Shown piece by piece: positions 52,148 through 64,000 of a stretch of DNA of 64,000 nt. Within the stretch, counting starts at the first letter, position 1. Every line of letters begins with the position of its first letter. Source of the stretch: Balanoglossus misakiensis (lineage: Eukaryota; Animalia; Hemichordata); assembly GCA_040954595.2 (NCBI GenBank), contig CM082597.2, positions 8,835,778-8,899,777 on the forward strand, written 5' to 3'. A program made the translations under genes and the position numbers. The notes beneath the pieces were generated by a model that was given only the letters and a program-made list of their open reading frames with translations, was not told the origin of the DNA and did not search any database.

Positions 52148-53977
52148 TTAAACAACTCTATAAAAAGTCTTATTGCTTAGTACTGGCACGAGGTGGTAAA
52201 AAGATGTGCAGCTTTTGACTTATTACAGGCTTACACTTTGTTAGTAATATGAGTCCCTATTGGTATTGTGCTGGGTTTTTAGGAGCTTGGGCCCCATTCC
52301 CTGGATATTTTTTACACCTTGCTCTGAAAACCTGCCACACCTATGCTTCTTGAATTTGTCACAGTTGTCCTTGCCAATGAGTGTGCACCTTGAAATTCAA
52401 ATCAGTCATTTGACCTGGCAGCCATATTCAGTTGAAATTGTTAAATAAATGCAAATTAGCTGGGAAAATTTGAAATTGGTCAAAACCACTGGTCAGATTG
52501 ATTTGACAATTGGTATGCAAGTACCTTATGTCAACCACATACAGTCCTGTATTTTGAATAGTTTGAATGTTCTATTTTTATGCATTTTTTGCCTTTTTCC
52601 TCATTTTTGGTAAAACATCTACTTTTCTAAAATTGATGAGACGACTTCTTTGAAATTTAGTATGAAGCTTCATATAGGTGATATGAGTTAGCATACTTTT
52701 GTTAAAATGTTGCAAAATTTGCATATTCATAATTTTGGAGCAATTTCGGCCGTTTTTGAATTTTTTTTTTAAACCGGTTGTTACATTGCTTTGAAATTTG
52801 TTAGTCATATTAGGGGTAGCCCAAGTAAGATTTGCATGTATGTTTTTCAAATCAACTTGATGAATTGAATAGTATATTTTTGGGATGATTTTTGCCATTT
52901 TTGGTCAAAACTCTTCTCAGAACCCCCCACAGTACGTGAAATATCCCATGAATCACTCTGGTTTGTACAACCAGAGATTACTCGGTCAAACCAGGCAAAG
53001 TTCACATGTGTAGAGAAAATTGTAGACCACTAATACAAATTTTGAGAGCATGCTTTAAAGGCGAATCTTATTGTCAATTACCATTTCAAATGATAAACAA
53101 AATCATGCATTATTGAAAGAGGAGATACAAATTTTATAAAATAAGCAATTGCATAGCCAGCCGATACAAAAAAGTTTGAAGTAAAACAGGGACACTTGAA
53201 ACACTTGTTTAATCAAACAAAACGATATTGATTTTTTTCTATAGACAGAACAATGGAAATTTACATGTTAACTTTCAACAGAGACTGGCCACCTCAGTTA
53301 GTCATTGCTTCTTTCCTCCTAAGTGTGACATTTGACGTACATGAATGAATACTTTGATTTCTATGGCTTTTAAATCTTGATTTTGAAATTTTCACTCTAA
53401 TTCCTCAACATACTTTTTCTAGATAAATCTTAATACAGTTATATGTACTTCATATCATTGTTAGTATCTAAAACAGAAAGTAATTAAATGGACAATCTCG
53501 ATGATACAAATCATGGAGAGTTGTGGGTAAAATATCGTACTGTGCCCCCTTTACCCCCACTGCTTTGAAATTTGATTTGAAGGTTTCAGGGTTTGTTCTC
53601 ATGATAATTTACAGATTGATTTGACAATTGGTATGCAAGTACCTTATGTCAACCACATACAATCCTGTATTTTTTTAACTAATAGTTTGAATGTTCTATT
53701 TTATGCATTTTTTGCCTTTTTCCTCATTTGTGGTAAAAAATTTTAGTATGAAGCTTCATGTAGGTGATATGAGTTACAATACTTTTGTTGAAATGTTGCA
53801 AAATTTGCATATTGATAATTTTGGAGCAATTTCAGCCTTGTTTAATTAATTTTTTTTCTCTAAAACCGCTTGTTCCATTGCTTTAAAATTTGTTAGTCAT
53901 GTTAGGGGTAGCTCAAGTAAGATTTGCATGTATGTTTTTCAAATCAACTTGATGAATTGAATAGTATATTTTTGGGG

Positions 53978-54278
53978 GATCAAATCAAATCAAATCAAAA
54001 CAAACATTTATAAAGCGCCAGAATCAATAACAATGTTATTTCCAAAGGCGCTGAAAGTATAACATCAGTGTTCGTAGGCTTTGACAAATAGAAATGTCTT
54101 GAGTTTTTGTTTGAAAATGTTGAGACTAGAAGCCTGTTGAATGTCAGATGGCAGAGAATTCCAAAGTTGTGGCGCGACAAGGGAAAAGGCACATCCACCA
54201 TATGTTTTGAGTCTGTACTTTGGTACACACAACTGGTTCCTTGAGCTGGAGCGCAGAGCCCGACTAGGCTTATATGAT
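53978..54278 (-). mobile_element. Short L2-clade LINE 3' fragment with (GATTT)n tail
   Basis: YKPSRALRSS..KTYGGCAFS..APQLWNSLP..FKQKLKTFLF; 3' UTR AGCGCCTTTG...GGCGCTTTATAAAT on the minus strand. Confidence 0.9.
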
Positions 54279-55051
54279 TTTTGATTTGATTTGGTTTCAG
54301 GGTGATTTCTCATGATGATTTACAAAACCTATGACTGATTACTTTGAAATTTGAGTAGGAAGTTAATTGGATGTGTTTGTTTAGATAATGGAATCAAATA
54401 AAGTTATTCATTCTTCACCTTCATTCTTCACCTCATTTCATTTATTGGCTGGTTTGTCTATTGTATCAGGGAAGAGTACTTGCCATCCCACCCCACCGAT
54501 GCAAACTTTGAGTGGCAAAAGTAAAATTTGTCGTAACATTGAGTTAATTTGCTTTTGGGCTCACTAAAATGCAACTTTGAGCTCTGTATTTGTACAAAAT
54601 TTTCATTAATTGGCTGGTTTGTCTATTGTACCAGGCCAGCATACATAAGATCAAGATGTTTTCGGGGCTGGGGGGGGGCATCATATTTTATTGCCTCTCT
54701 ATGTGTGTGTCTGTCTGTCTGTACTCCTGTGTAGACTTTTTCTAGTGTAATCACTAAATGAGACCACAGTGTCCTTGACGCTATTTTTTGCGATTTTCAA
54801 TGACCCTGGGGTAACCTTTGACCAGCTTTCATATATCTTGGTATTCACAGCAGAATACAGCCTTGGCATACCCTGGTAACCATGGGAACCGTTTGGGCCC
54901 AACCAATGGTGCTGGCAGCGTTAATTTTTAAATGATTTCTTCTTGTCGTTTTCTTTATCAATATGATGACTTGACCTAATCAGATTATTAAAATAATTTC
55001 ATTCTTTTTTTACATTAGGTTCTTTGGTAACACTGCTGCTGGAGGGAGTGT

Positions 55052-56115
55052 AATATTTGTAACGACGTCGCCACCTAATACTGTACTGGAGGTATGAACT
55101 TAAACTTGTAACGACGCCGCCACCTAATACTGTACTGGAGAGATGAAGTTAATACTTGTAACGACGCCGCCACCTAATACTGTACTGGAGAGATGAAGTT
55201 AATACTTGTAATGACGCCGCCACCTAATACTGTACTGGAGTGATGAAGTTAATACTTGTAACGACGCCGCCACCTAATACTGTACTGGAGAGATGAACTT
55301 AATACTTGTAACGACGCCGCCACCTAATACTGTACTGGAGAGATGAACTTAATACTTGTAACGACGCCGCCACCTAATACTGTACTGGAGAGATGAACTT
55401 AATACTTGTAACGACGCCGCCACCTAATACTGTACTGGAGAGATGAAGTTAATACTTGTAACGACGCCGCCACCTAATACTGTACTGGAGAGATGAAGTT
55501 AATACTTGTAACGACGCCGCCACCTAATACTGTACTGGAGAGATGAAGTTAATACTTGTAACGACGCCGCCACCTAATACTGTACTGGAGGGATGAACTT
55601 AAACTTGTAACGACGCCGCCACCTAATACTGTACTGGAGAGATGAAGTTAATACTTGTAACGACGCCGCCACCTAATACTGTACTGGAGAGATGAAGTTA
55701 ATACTTGTAACGACGCCGCCACCTAATACTGTACTGGAGAGATGAACTTAATACTTGTAACGACGCCGCCACCTTATACTGTACTGGAGGGATGAACTTA
55801 ATACTTGTAACGACGCCGCCACCTAATACTGTACTGGAGAGATGAACTTAATACTTGTAACGACGCCGCCACCTTATACTGTACTGGAGGGATGAACTTA
55901 AACTTGTAACGACGCCGCCACCTAATACTGTACTGGAGAGATGAAGTTAATACTTGTAACGACGCCGCCACCTAATACTGTACTGGAGAGATGAAGTTAA
56001 TACTTGTAACGACGCCGCCACCTAATACTGTACTGGAGAGATGAACTTAATACTTGTAACGACGCCGCCACCTTATACTGTACTGGAGGGATGAACTTAA
56101 ACCTGTAACGACGCC
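55052..56115. repeat. 50 bp minisatellite, about 21 copies
   Basis: Unit AGATGAAGTTAATACTTGTAACGACGCCGCCACCTAATACTGTACTGGAG, head to tail with no spacers. Confidence 0.97.
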
Positions 56116-56299
56116 AGATGATGCTCCTGTGACCAGAGGGATGAACGACGCCATGATTTGTTGATCTGATCTAATTAATAATATTCATTCTTTTTTTTCA
56201 ATAGGTTCATTGGTATTATCATCGCCGGAGGGAGTCTAATCAATATCTACAACAACGCCGCACCAGATAACAATATCAAAACCAGAGGGATGCTGTCAA

Positions 56300-56865
56300 T
56301 AGGTTAGGCTAATAAAAATGGTTTAATCTGAGGGAATGGTAAAGGGTTGGTGTATGAATATGTTAGGGTAATAAAAAATGGTATAATCTAACGGAATGGT
56401 GAAGGGTTGGTGTATAAACAGGTTAGGCTAATAAAAATGGTATAATCTAATGAAATGGTGAAGGGTTGGTGTATGATGACTAATAAGACATTGTGCACAA
56501 GGGTACTATAATAAAACTGTCTGCAAGGGTATAATATTATGGTTTCAAGGGTATGATAAGTAATTAAAATACTATAAAAACATGAGTAATGCCACGTGGT
56601 AAATAAAAACTGTACATGTACAGAGGGTAAATACCGGTATAATATATAAAGGTGTTAACATCAATGGTGTAATAATAAAAAAAATGGGTAACACATGGTT
56701 TTGGTGGTATAATAATAATAAAATGGTATTAACTTGATGGTATAAACATTATGGGATGTGTATAAACGGTGTTAATATTACAAAGGTATAATGATTAGTT
56801 GGGGTGTAATAATAAGAAATTTAAAATCATTGGGTAATTTATTAGTGTCAGGTTGGGTAAAATAA
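56300..56865. repeat. C-poor low-complexity tract with three ~60 bp repeats
   Basis: GTTAGG.TAATAAAAATGGT.TAATCT...AATGGT.AAGGGTTGGTGTAT occurs three times, then degenerate GGTATAAT motifs. Confidence 0.75.
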
Positions 56866-56909
56866 TTGTTGCTATGCATTCGTGTAATAATTGTCTGCGG
56901 ATTTTTTGC

Positions 56910-57092
56910 AGCGTTACCCGCGTTCGCGTTCTTCATTGCAGGTCGCTCGTCATGTAATGGAATTTCGCCGTGTGCCCGTTTGATTCGCCGATGGATTTTT
57001 TACAACGTTACCCGCGTTCGCGTTCTTCATCGCAGTTGGATCGTCGTGTAATGGAATTTCGCCGTGTGCCCGTTTGATTCGCCGATGGATTT
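56910..57092. repeat. CpG-rich ~95 bp direct repeat, two copies
   Basis: CGTTACCCGCGTTCGCGTTCTTCAT...GTAATGGAATTTCGCCGTGTGCCCGTTTGATTCGCCGATGGATTT occurs twice. Confidence 0.85.
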
Positions 57093-58029
57093 CGTCATCG
57101 TAATTCCCGCATCAACACGAATCCTCAATCTCGCGTAACAACAATACATCAAAATGTACACAGAAAAATAGGAGTCGGCAAGACAATTCTGGTTAGTTTG
57201 AGCCCCAACCTTTTAAAATTCACAACGGGGGAGGGGGCAGTTTTTCCTCATTTTATATTTGGCTCGAGGTTTTTAACTGTCCCCAGGCGCGTAAAGTTAG
57301 TTAGTTTATCACACAGTATGTAATTATCTTGCTTGATTTAAAAAAACACTAAAATTGTATGGGGGAGCTTCTTGCGATTTGCACTTAAGAAACTGATGGT
57401 TTGTACCCATAGATAATATTTAGTATTAAGCACATAATTGCCTGGAAATAAAAATTAACTCAAGGGTAGAATGCAACAGTTAATTTTGTGCAATATCAAC
57501 AGGAGCTATTTTGGCACATTATTTCAGTTTGATAAACACTGTTTTTGCTCATTGTTTCATTTCGACCACATTATTTCAGTTTGATAAACACTGTTTTTGC
57601 TTATTGTTTCATTTCAACCACTTTTGTCACCTTGTTTTAAATTGAATGCAAGCATTGTTTCTGTTTGACCACTACTTGGGGTAATTGTTCCAAATTGGTA
57701 TGCAAGATATTTTACATCAGCAGTTAGTCATCTAGCCACACTTTAGCTGCACAGCATATGAAAAATAATGAAATTCATGCAAAAAGCAAAAAAGTATTAT
57801 GGGTATAATGCCATTGCAGCATTGGCGGTTCGACTCCGTCGATACTTACTTTGAAGCATAAGTCTTCATTATTTTTCATATGTAATAAATAAAACTCTTC
57901 CAAATTCATATCTTTGTTTTAAGTTTGTGCTTTTGCTTCAGTTAGGGGGCCCACATTTACCAAACCTGCCTTGCCATCTTTTCACATTTCTTCAAATATG
58001 CAGCGCCAGCGGTAGGCAGTATTTGATCA

Positions 58030-61000
58030 AATTGACACACAAATCACTCAAAATTAATAGGCAGGATACTGTCCACTCTGGCCTGGTTACTGTCTGGCCT
58101 GCTTAATGTTGACGCAAAGGTTGACCCCACCAAACACTCAAAATTAATAGGCAGCATACTGGCCACTCTGGCCTAGTTAATGTTGACGCAAAGGTTGACC
58201 CCACCAAACACTCAAAATTAATGGGCACGATACTGGCCACTCTGGCCTAGTTAATGTTGACGCAAAGGTTGACCCCACCAAACACTCAAAATCAATGGGC
58301 AGCATACTGTCCACTATGGCCTGGTTACTGTGTGCTCTGGTTAATGTTGACGCAAAGGTTGACCCCACCAAACACTCAAAATTAATGGGCAGCACACTGT
58401 CCACTACGGCCTGGTTACTGTGTGCTCTGGTTAATGTTGATGCAAAGGTTGACCCCACCAAACACTCAAAATTAATGGGCAGAACACTGTCCACTATGGC
58501 CTGGTTACTGTGTGCTCTGGTTAATGTTGATGCAAAGGTTGACCCCACCAAACACTCAAAATTAATGGGCAGGATACTGGCCACTCTGGCCTAGTTAATG
58601 TTGACGCAAAGGTTGACCCCCACCAAACACTCAAAATTAATGGGCACGATACTGGCCACTCTGGCCTAGTTAATGTTGACGCAAAGGTTGACCCCACCAA
58701 ACACTCAAAATTAATGGGCAACAAACTGTCCACTACGGCCTGGTTACTGTGTGCTCTGGTTAATGTTGATGCAAAAGTTGACCCCACCAAACACTCAAAA
58801 TTAATGGGCAGAACACTGTCCACTATGGCCTGGTTACTGTGTGCTCTGGTTAATGTTGATGCAAAGGTTGACCCCACCAAACACTCAAAATTAATGGGCA
58901 GGATACTGGCCACTCTGGCCTAGTTAATGTTGACGCAAAGGTTGACCCCCACCAAACACTCAAAATTAATGGGCACGATACTGGCCACTCTGGCCTAGTT
59001 AATGTTGACACAAAGGTTGACCCCCACCAAACACTCAAAATTAATGGGCACGATACTGGCCACTCTGGCCTAGTTAATGTTGACGCAAAGGTTGACCCCA
59101 CCAAACACTCAAAATTAATGGGCAGCACACTGTCCACTACGGACTGGTTACTGTGTGCTCTGGTTAATGTTGACGCAAAGGTTGACCCCACCAAACACTC
59201 AAAATTAATGGGCAGCACACTGTCCACTACGGCCTGGTTACTGTGTGCTCTGGTTAATGTTGATGCAAAGGTTGACCCCACCAAACACTCAAAATTAATG
59301 GGCAGAACACTGTCCACTATGGCCTGGTTACTGTGTGCTCTGGTTAATGTTGATGCAAAGGTTGACCCCACCAAACACTCAAAATTAATGGGCAGGATAC
59401 TGGCCACTCTGGCCTAGTTAATGTTGACGCAAAGGTTGACCCCCACCAAACACTCAAAATTAATGGGCACGATACTGGCCACTCTGGCCTAGTTAATGTT
59501 GACGCAAAGGTTGACCCCACCAAACACTCAAAATTAATGGGCAACAAACTGTCCACTACGGCCTGGTTACTGTGTGCTCTGGTTAATGTTGATGCAAAAG
59601 TTGACCCCACCAAACACTCAAAATTAATGGGCAGAACACTGTCCACTATGGCCTGGTTACTGTGTGCTCTGGTTAATGTTGATGCAAAGGTTGACCCCAC
59701 CAAACACTTAAAAATAATGGGCAGGATACTGGCCACTCTGGCCTAGTTAATGTTGACGCAAAGGTTGACCCCCACCAAACACTCAAAATTAATGGGCACG
59801 ATACTGGCCACTCTGGCCTAGTTAATGTTGACGCAAAGGTTGACCCCCACCAAACACTCAAAATTAATGGGCACGATACTGGCCACTCTGGCCTAGTTAA
59901 TGTTGACGCAAAGGTTGACCCCACCAAACACTCAAAATTAATGGGCAGCACACTGTCCACTACGGACTGGTTACTGTGTGCTCTGGTTAATGTTGACGCA
60001 AAGGTTGACCCCACCAAACACTCAAAATTAATGGGCAGAACACTGTCCACTATGGCCTGGTTACTGTGTGCTCTGGTTAATGTTGATGCAAAGGTTGACC
60101 CCACCAAACACTCAAAATTAATGGGCAGCACACTGTCCACTACGGACTGGTTACTGTGTGCTCTGGTTAATGTTGATGCAAAGGTTGACCCCACCAAACA
60201 CTCAAAATTAATGGGCAGCACACTGTCCACTACGGACTGGTTACTGTGTGCTCTGGTTAATGTTGACGCAAAGGTTGACCCCACCAAACACTCAAAATTA
60301 ATGGGCAGCACACTGTCCACTATGGCCTGGTTACTGTGTGCTCTGGTTAATGTTGATGCAAAGGTTGACCCCACCAAACACTCAAAATTAATGGGCAGGA
60401 TACTGGCCACTCTGGCCTAGTTAATGTTGACGCAAAGGTTGACCCCCACCAAACACTCAAAATTAATGGGCACGATACTGGCCACTCTGGCCTAGTTAAT
60501 GTTGACGCAAAGGTTGACCCCCACCAAACACTCAAAATTAATGGGCACGATACTGGCCACTCTGGCCTAGTTAATGTTGACGCAAAGGTTGACCCCACCA
60601 AACACTCAAAATTAATGGGCAGCACACTGTCCACTACGGACTGGTTACTGTGTGCTCTGGTTAATGTTGACGCAAAGGTTGACCCCACCAAACACTCAAA
60701 ATTAATGGGCAGAACACTGTCCACTATGGCCTGGTTACTGTGTGCTCTGGTTAATGTTGACGCAAAGGTTGACCCCACCAAACACTCAAAATTAATGGGC
60801 AGAACACTGTCCACTACGGCCTGGTTACTGTGTGCTCTGGTTAATGTTGACGCAAAGGTTGACCCCACCAAACACTCAAAATTAATGGGCAGAACACTGT
60901 CCACTATGGCCTGGTTACTGTGTGCTCTGGTTAATGTTGACGCAAAGGTTGACCCCACCAAACACTCAAAATTAATGGGCAGCACACTGTCCACTATGGC

Positions 61001-64000
61001 CTGGTTACTGTGTGCTCTGGTTAATGTTGACGCAAAGGTTGACCCCACCAAACACTCAAAATTAATGGGCAGAACACTGTCCACTATGGCCTGGTTACTG
61101 TGTGCTCTGGTTAATGTTGACGCAAAGGTTGACCCCACCAAACACTCAAAATTAATGGGCAGCACACTGTCCACTATGGCCTGGTTACTGTGTGCTCTGG
61201 TTAATGTTGACGCAAAGGTTGACCCCACCAAACACTCAAAATTAATGGGCAGAACACTGTCCACTACGGCCTGGTTACTGTGTGCTCTGGTCTATGTTGA
61301 CGCAAAGGTTGACCCCACCAAACACTCAAAATTAATGGGCAGCACACTGTCCACTATGGCCTGGTTACTGTGTGCTCTGGTTAATGTTGACGCAAAGGTT
61401 GACCCCACCAAACACTCAAAATTAATGGGCAGAACACTGTCCACTATGGCCTGGTTACTGTGTGCTCTGGTTAATGTTGATGAAAAGGTTGACCCCACCA
61501 AACACTCAAAATTAATGGGCAGGATACTGGCCACTCTGGCCTAGTTAATGTTGACGCAAAGGTTGACCCCCACCAAACACTCAAAATTAATGGGCACGAT
61601 ACTGGCCACTCTGGCCTAGTTAATGTTGACGCAAAGGTTGACCCCCACCAAACACTCAAAATTAATGGGCACGATACTGGCCACTCTGGCCTAGTTAATG
61701 TTGACGCAAAGGTTGACCCCACCAAACACTCAAAATTAATGGGCAGCACACTGTCCACTACGGACTGGTTACTGTGTGCTCTGGTTAATGTTGACGCAAA
61801 GGTTGACCCCACCAAACACTCAAAATTAATGGGCAGAACACTGTCCACTATGGCCTGGTTACTGTGTGCTCTGGTTAATGTTGACGCAAAGGTTGACCCC
61901 ACCAAACACTCAAAATTAATGGGCAGAACACTGTCCACTACGGCCTGGTTATTGTGTGCTCTGGTTAATGTTGACGCAAAGGTTGACGCCACCAAACACT
62001 CAAAATCAATGGGCAGCATACTGTCCACTATGGCCTGGTTACTGTGTGCTCTGGTTAATGTTGACGCAAAGGTTGACCCCACCAAACACTCAAAATTAAT
62101 GGGCAGAACACTGTCCACTATGGCCTGGTTACTGTGTGCTCTGGTTAATGTTGACGCAAAGGTTGACCCCACCAAACACTCAAAATTAATGGGCAGCACA
62201 CTGTCCACTATGGCCTGGTTACTGTGTGCTCTGGTTAATGTTGACGCAAAGGTTGACCCCACCAAACACTCAAAATTAATGGGCAGAACACTGTCCACTA
62301 CGGCCTGGTTACTGTGTGCTCTGGTCTATGTTGACGCAAAGGTTGACCCCACCAAACACTCAAAATTAATGGGCAGAACACTGTCCACTATGGCCTGGTT
62401 ACTGTGTGCTCTTGTTAATGTTGACGCAAAGGTTGACCCCACCAAACACTCAAAATTAATGGGCAGGATACTGGCCACTCTGGCCTAGTTAATGTTAACG
62501 CAAAGGTTGACCCCCACCAAACACTCAAAATTAATGGGCAGAACACTGTCCACTATGGCCTGGTTACTGTGTGCTCTGGTTAATGTTGACGCAAAGGTTG
62601 ACCCCACCAAACACTCAAAATTAATGGGCAGGATACTGGCCACTCTGGCCTAGTTAATGTTAACGCAAAGGTTGACCCCACCAAACACTCAAAATTAATG
62701 GGCAGAACACTGTCCACTATGGCCTGGTTACTGTGTGCTCTGGTTAATGTTGACGCAAAGGTTGACCCCACCAAACACTCAAAATTAATGGGCAGAACAC
62801 TGTCCACTATGGCCTGGTTACTGTGTGCTCTGGTTAATGTTGACGCAAAGGTTGACCCCACCAAACACTCAAAATTAATGGGCAGCACACTGTCCACTAT
62901 GGCCTGGTTACTGTGTGCTCTGGTTAATGTTGACGCAAAGGTTGACCCCACCAAACACTCAAAATTAATGGGCAGAACACTGTCCACTACGGCCTGGTTA
63001 CTGTGTGCTCTGGTTAATGTTGACGCAAAGGTTGACCCCCACCAAACACTCAAAATTAATGGGCACGATACTGGCCACTCTGGCCTAGTTAATGTTGACG
63101 CAAAGGTTGACCCAACCAAACACTCAAAATTAATGGGCACGATACTGGCCACTCTGGCCTAGTTAATGTTGACGCAAAGGTTGACCCCACCAAACACTCA
63201 AAATTAATGGGCACGATACTGGCCACTCTGGCCTAGTTAATGTTGACGCAAAGGTTGACCCCACCAAACACTCAAAATTAATGGGCACGATACTGGCCAC
63301 TCTGGCCTAGTTAATGTTGACGCAAAGGTTGACCCCACCAAACACTCAAAATTAATGGGCAGAACACTGTCCACTACGGCCTGGTTACTGTGTGCTCTGG
63401 TTAATGTTGACGCAAAGGTTGACCCCACCAAACACTCAAAATTAATGGGCAGAACACTGTCCACCTTGGCCTGGTTACTGTGTGCTCTGGTTAATGTTGA
63501 TGCAAAGGTTGACCCCACCAAACACTCAAAATTAATGGGCAGGATACTAGCCACTCTGGCCTAGTTAATGTTGACGCAAAGGTTGACCCCCACCAAACAC
63601 TCAAAATTAATGGGCACGATACTGGCCACTCTGGCCTAGTTAATGTTGACGCAAAGGTTGACCCCCACCAAACACTCAAAATTAATGGGCACGATACTGG
63701 CCACTCTGGCCTAGTTAATGTTGACGCAAAGGTTGACCCCACCAAACACTCAAAATTAATGGGCAGCACACTGTCCACTACGGACTGGTTACTGTGTGCT
63801 CTGGTTAATGTTGACGCAAAGGTTGACCCCATCAAACACTCAAAATTAATGGGCAGAACACTGTCCACTATGGCCTGGTTACTGTGTGCTCTGGTTAATG
63901 TTGACGCAAAGGTCGACCCCACCAAACACTCAAAATTAATGGGCAGAACACTGTCCACTACGGCCTGGTTATTGTGTGCTCTGGTTAATGTTGACGCAAA
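58030..64000. repeat. Satellite of interspersed 90 bp and 74/75 bp monomers
   Basis: Shared core TTAATGTTGACGCAAAGGTTGACCCCACCAAACACTCAAAATTAATGGGCA, followed by either the long tail GAACACTGTCCACTATGGCCTGGTTACTGTGTGCTCTGG or the short tail CGATACTGGCCACTCTGGCCTAG. The array runs off the right edge. Confidence 0.98.

Larger units (their letters stand above)
46933..53980 (+). mobile_element. Further HINE-like elements and diverged core repeats with nested insertions
   Basis: Heads AGGTCCCA...TGGG(A/C)CCTTATG at 46933, 47427 and 49453. Recurrent ATGCAAATTAGCTG, GTACCTTATG and TTTAGTATGAAGCTTC. Direct duplication ~52495-52885 / 53612-53980. Confidence 0.65.

Noticed and set aside
53055-53553. 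Possible Kolobok-type MITE ending TACTGTGCCCCCTTTA
   Set aside because: Left TIR and TTAA duplication are not convincingly matched.
55052-56115. CRISPR-like regular array
   Set aside because: Units are contiguous with no unique spacers, no cas genes are present, and the context is eukaryotic.
56300-56865. Telomere-like G-rich strand bias
   Set aside because: Only isolated TTAGG(G) words; no tandem telomeric repeat.
57823-57842. tRNA T-arm/B-box GGCGGTTCGACTCCGTC
   Set aside because: No acceptor stem, D-arm or properly spaced A-box; cannot be called a tRNA.
58177-63958. Long repeat-protein ORFs (up to 309 aa) with 30 aa periodicity
   Set aside because: The 90 bp monomer is a multiple of three and open on both strands; 74/75 bp monomers disrupt frames. 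There is no evidence of coding constraint.

Overview
Repeat-dense, AT-rich animal genomic DNA (spliceosomal introns, LINEs, cut-and-paste and rolling-circle-type elements). A marine invertebrate origin is my inference from the repeat style and is not proven. About 45 kb of nested mobile elements and gene fragments lies between two satellite arrays: a 78-79 bp array with higher-order repeats (1-13020) and a two-monomer 90/74-75 bp array (58030-64000). I see no intact protein-coding gene, and almost all ORF-track entries are artefacts of repeats. Recognisable coding remnants are a broken APE-RT LINE, two L2-type LINE 3' ends, an intron-containing ZNF862/C17orf113-like hAT transposase pseudogene, and an orphan frameshifted UBE2J1-like last exon. 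The most unusual signal is a series of paralogous mini-exons (36220-45010). They share the same acceptor and GTAAGCA donor, carry hairpins, and two of them are mutually complementary across their predicted splice junction. This suggests a spliced hairpin or non-coding RNA, or a small secreted-peptide gene. All alignments were done by eye; no searches were run.
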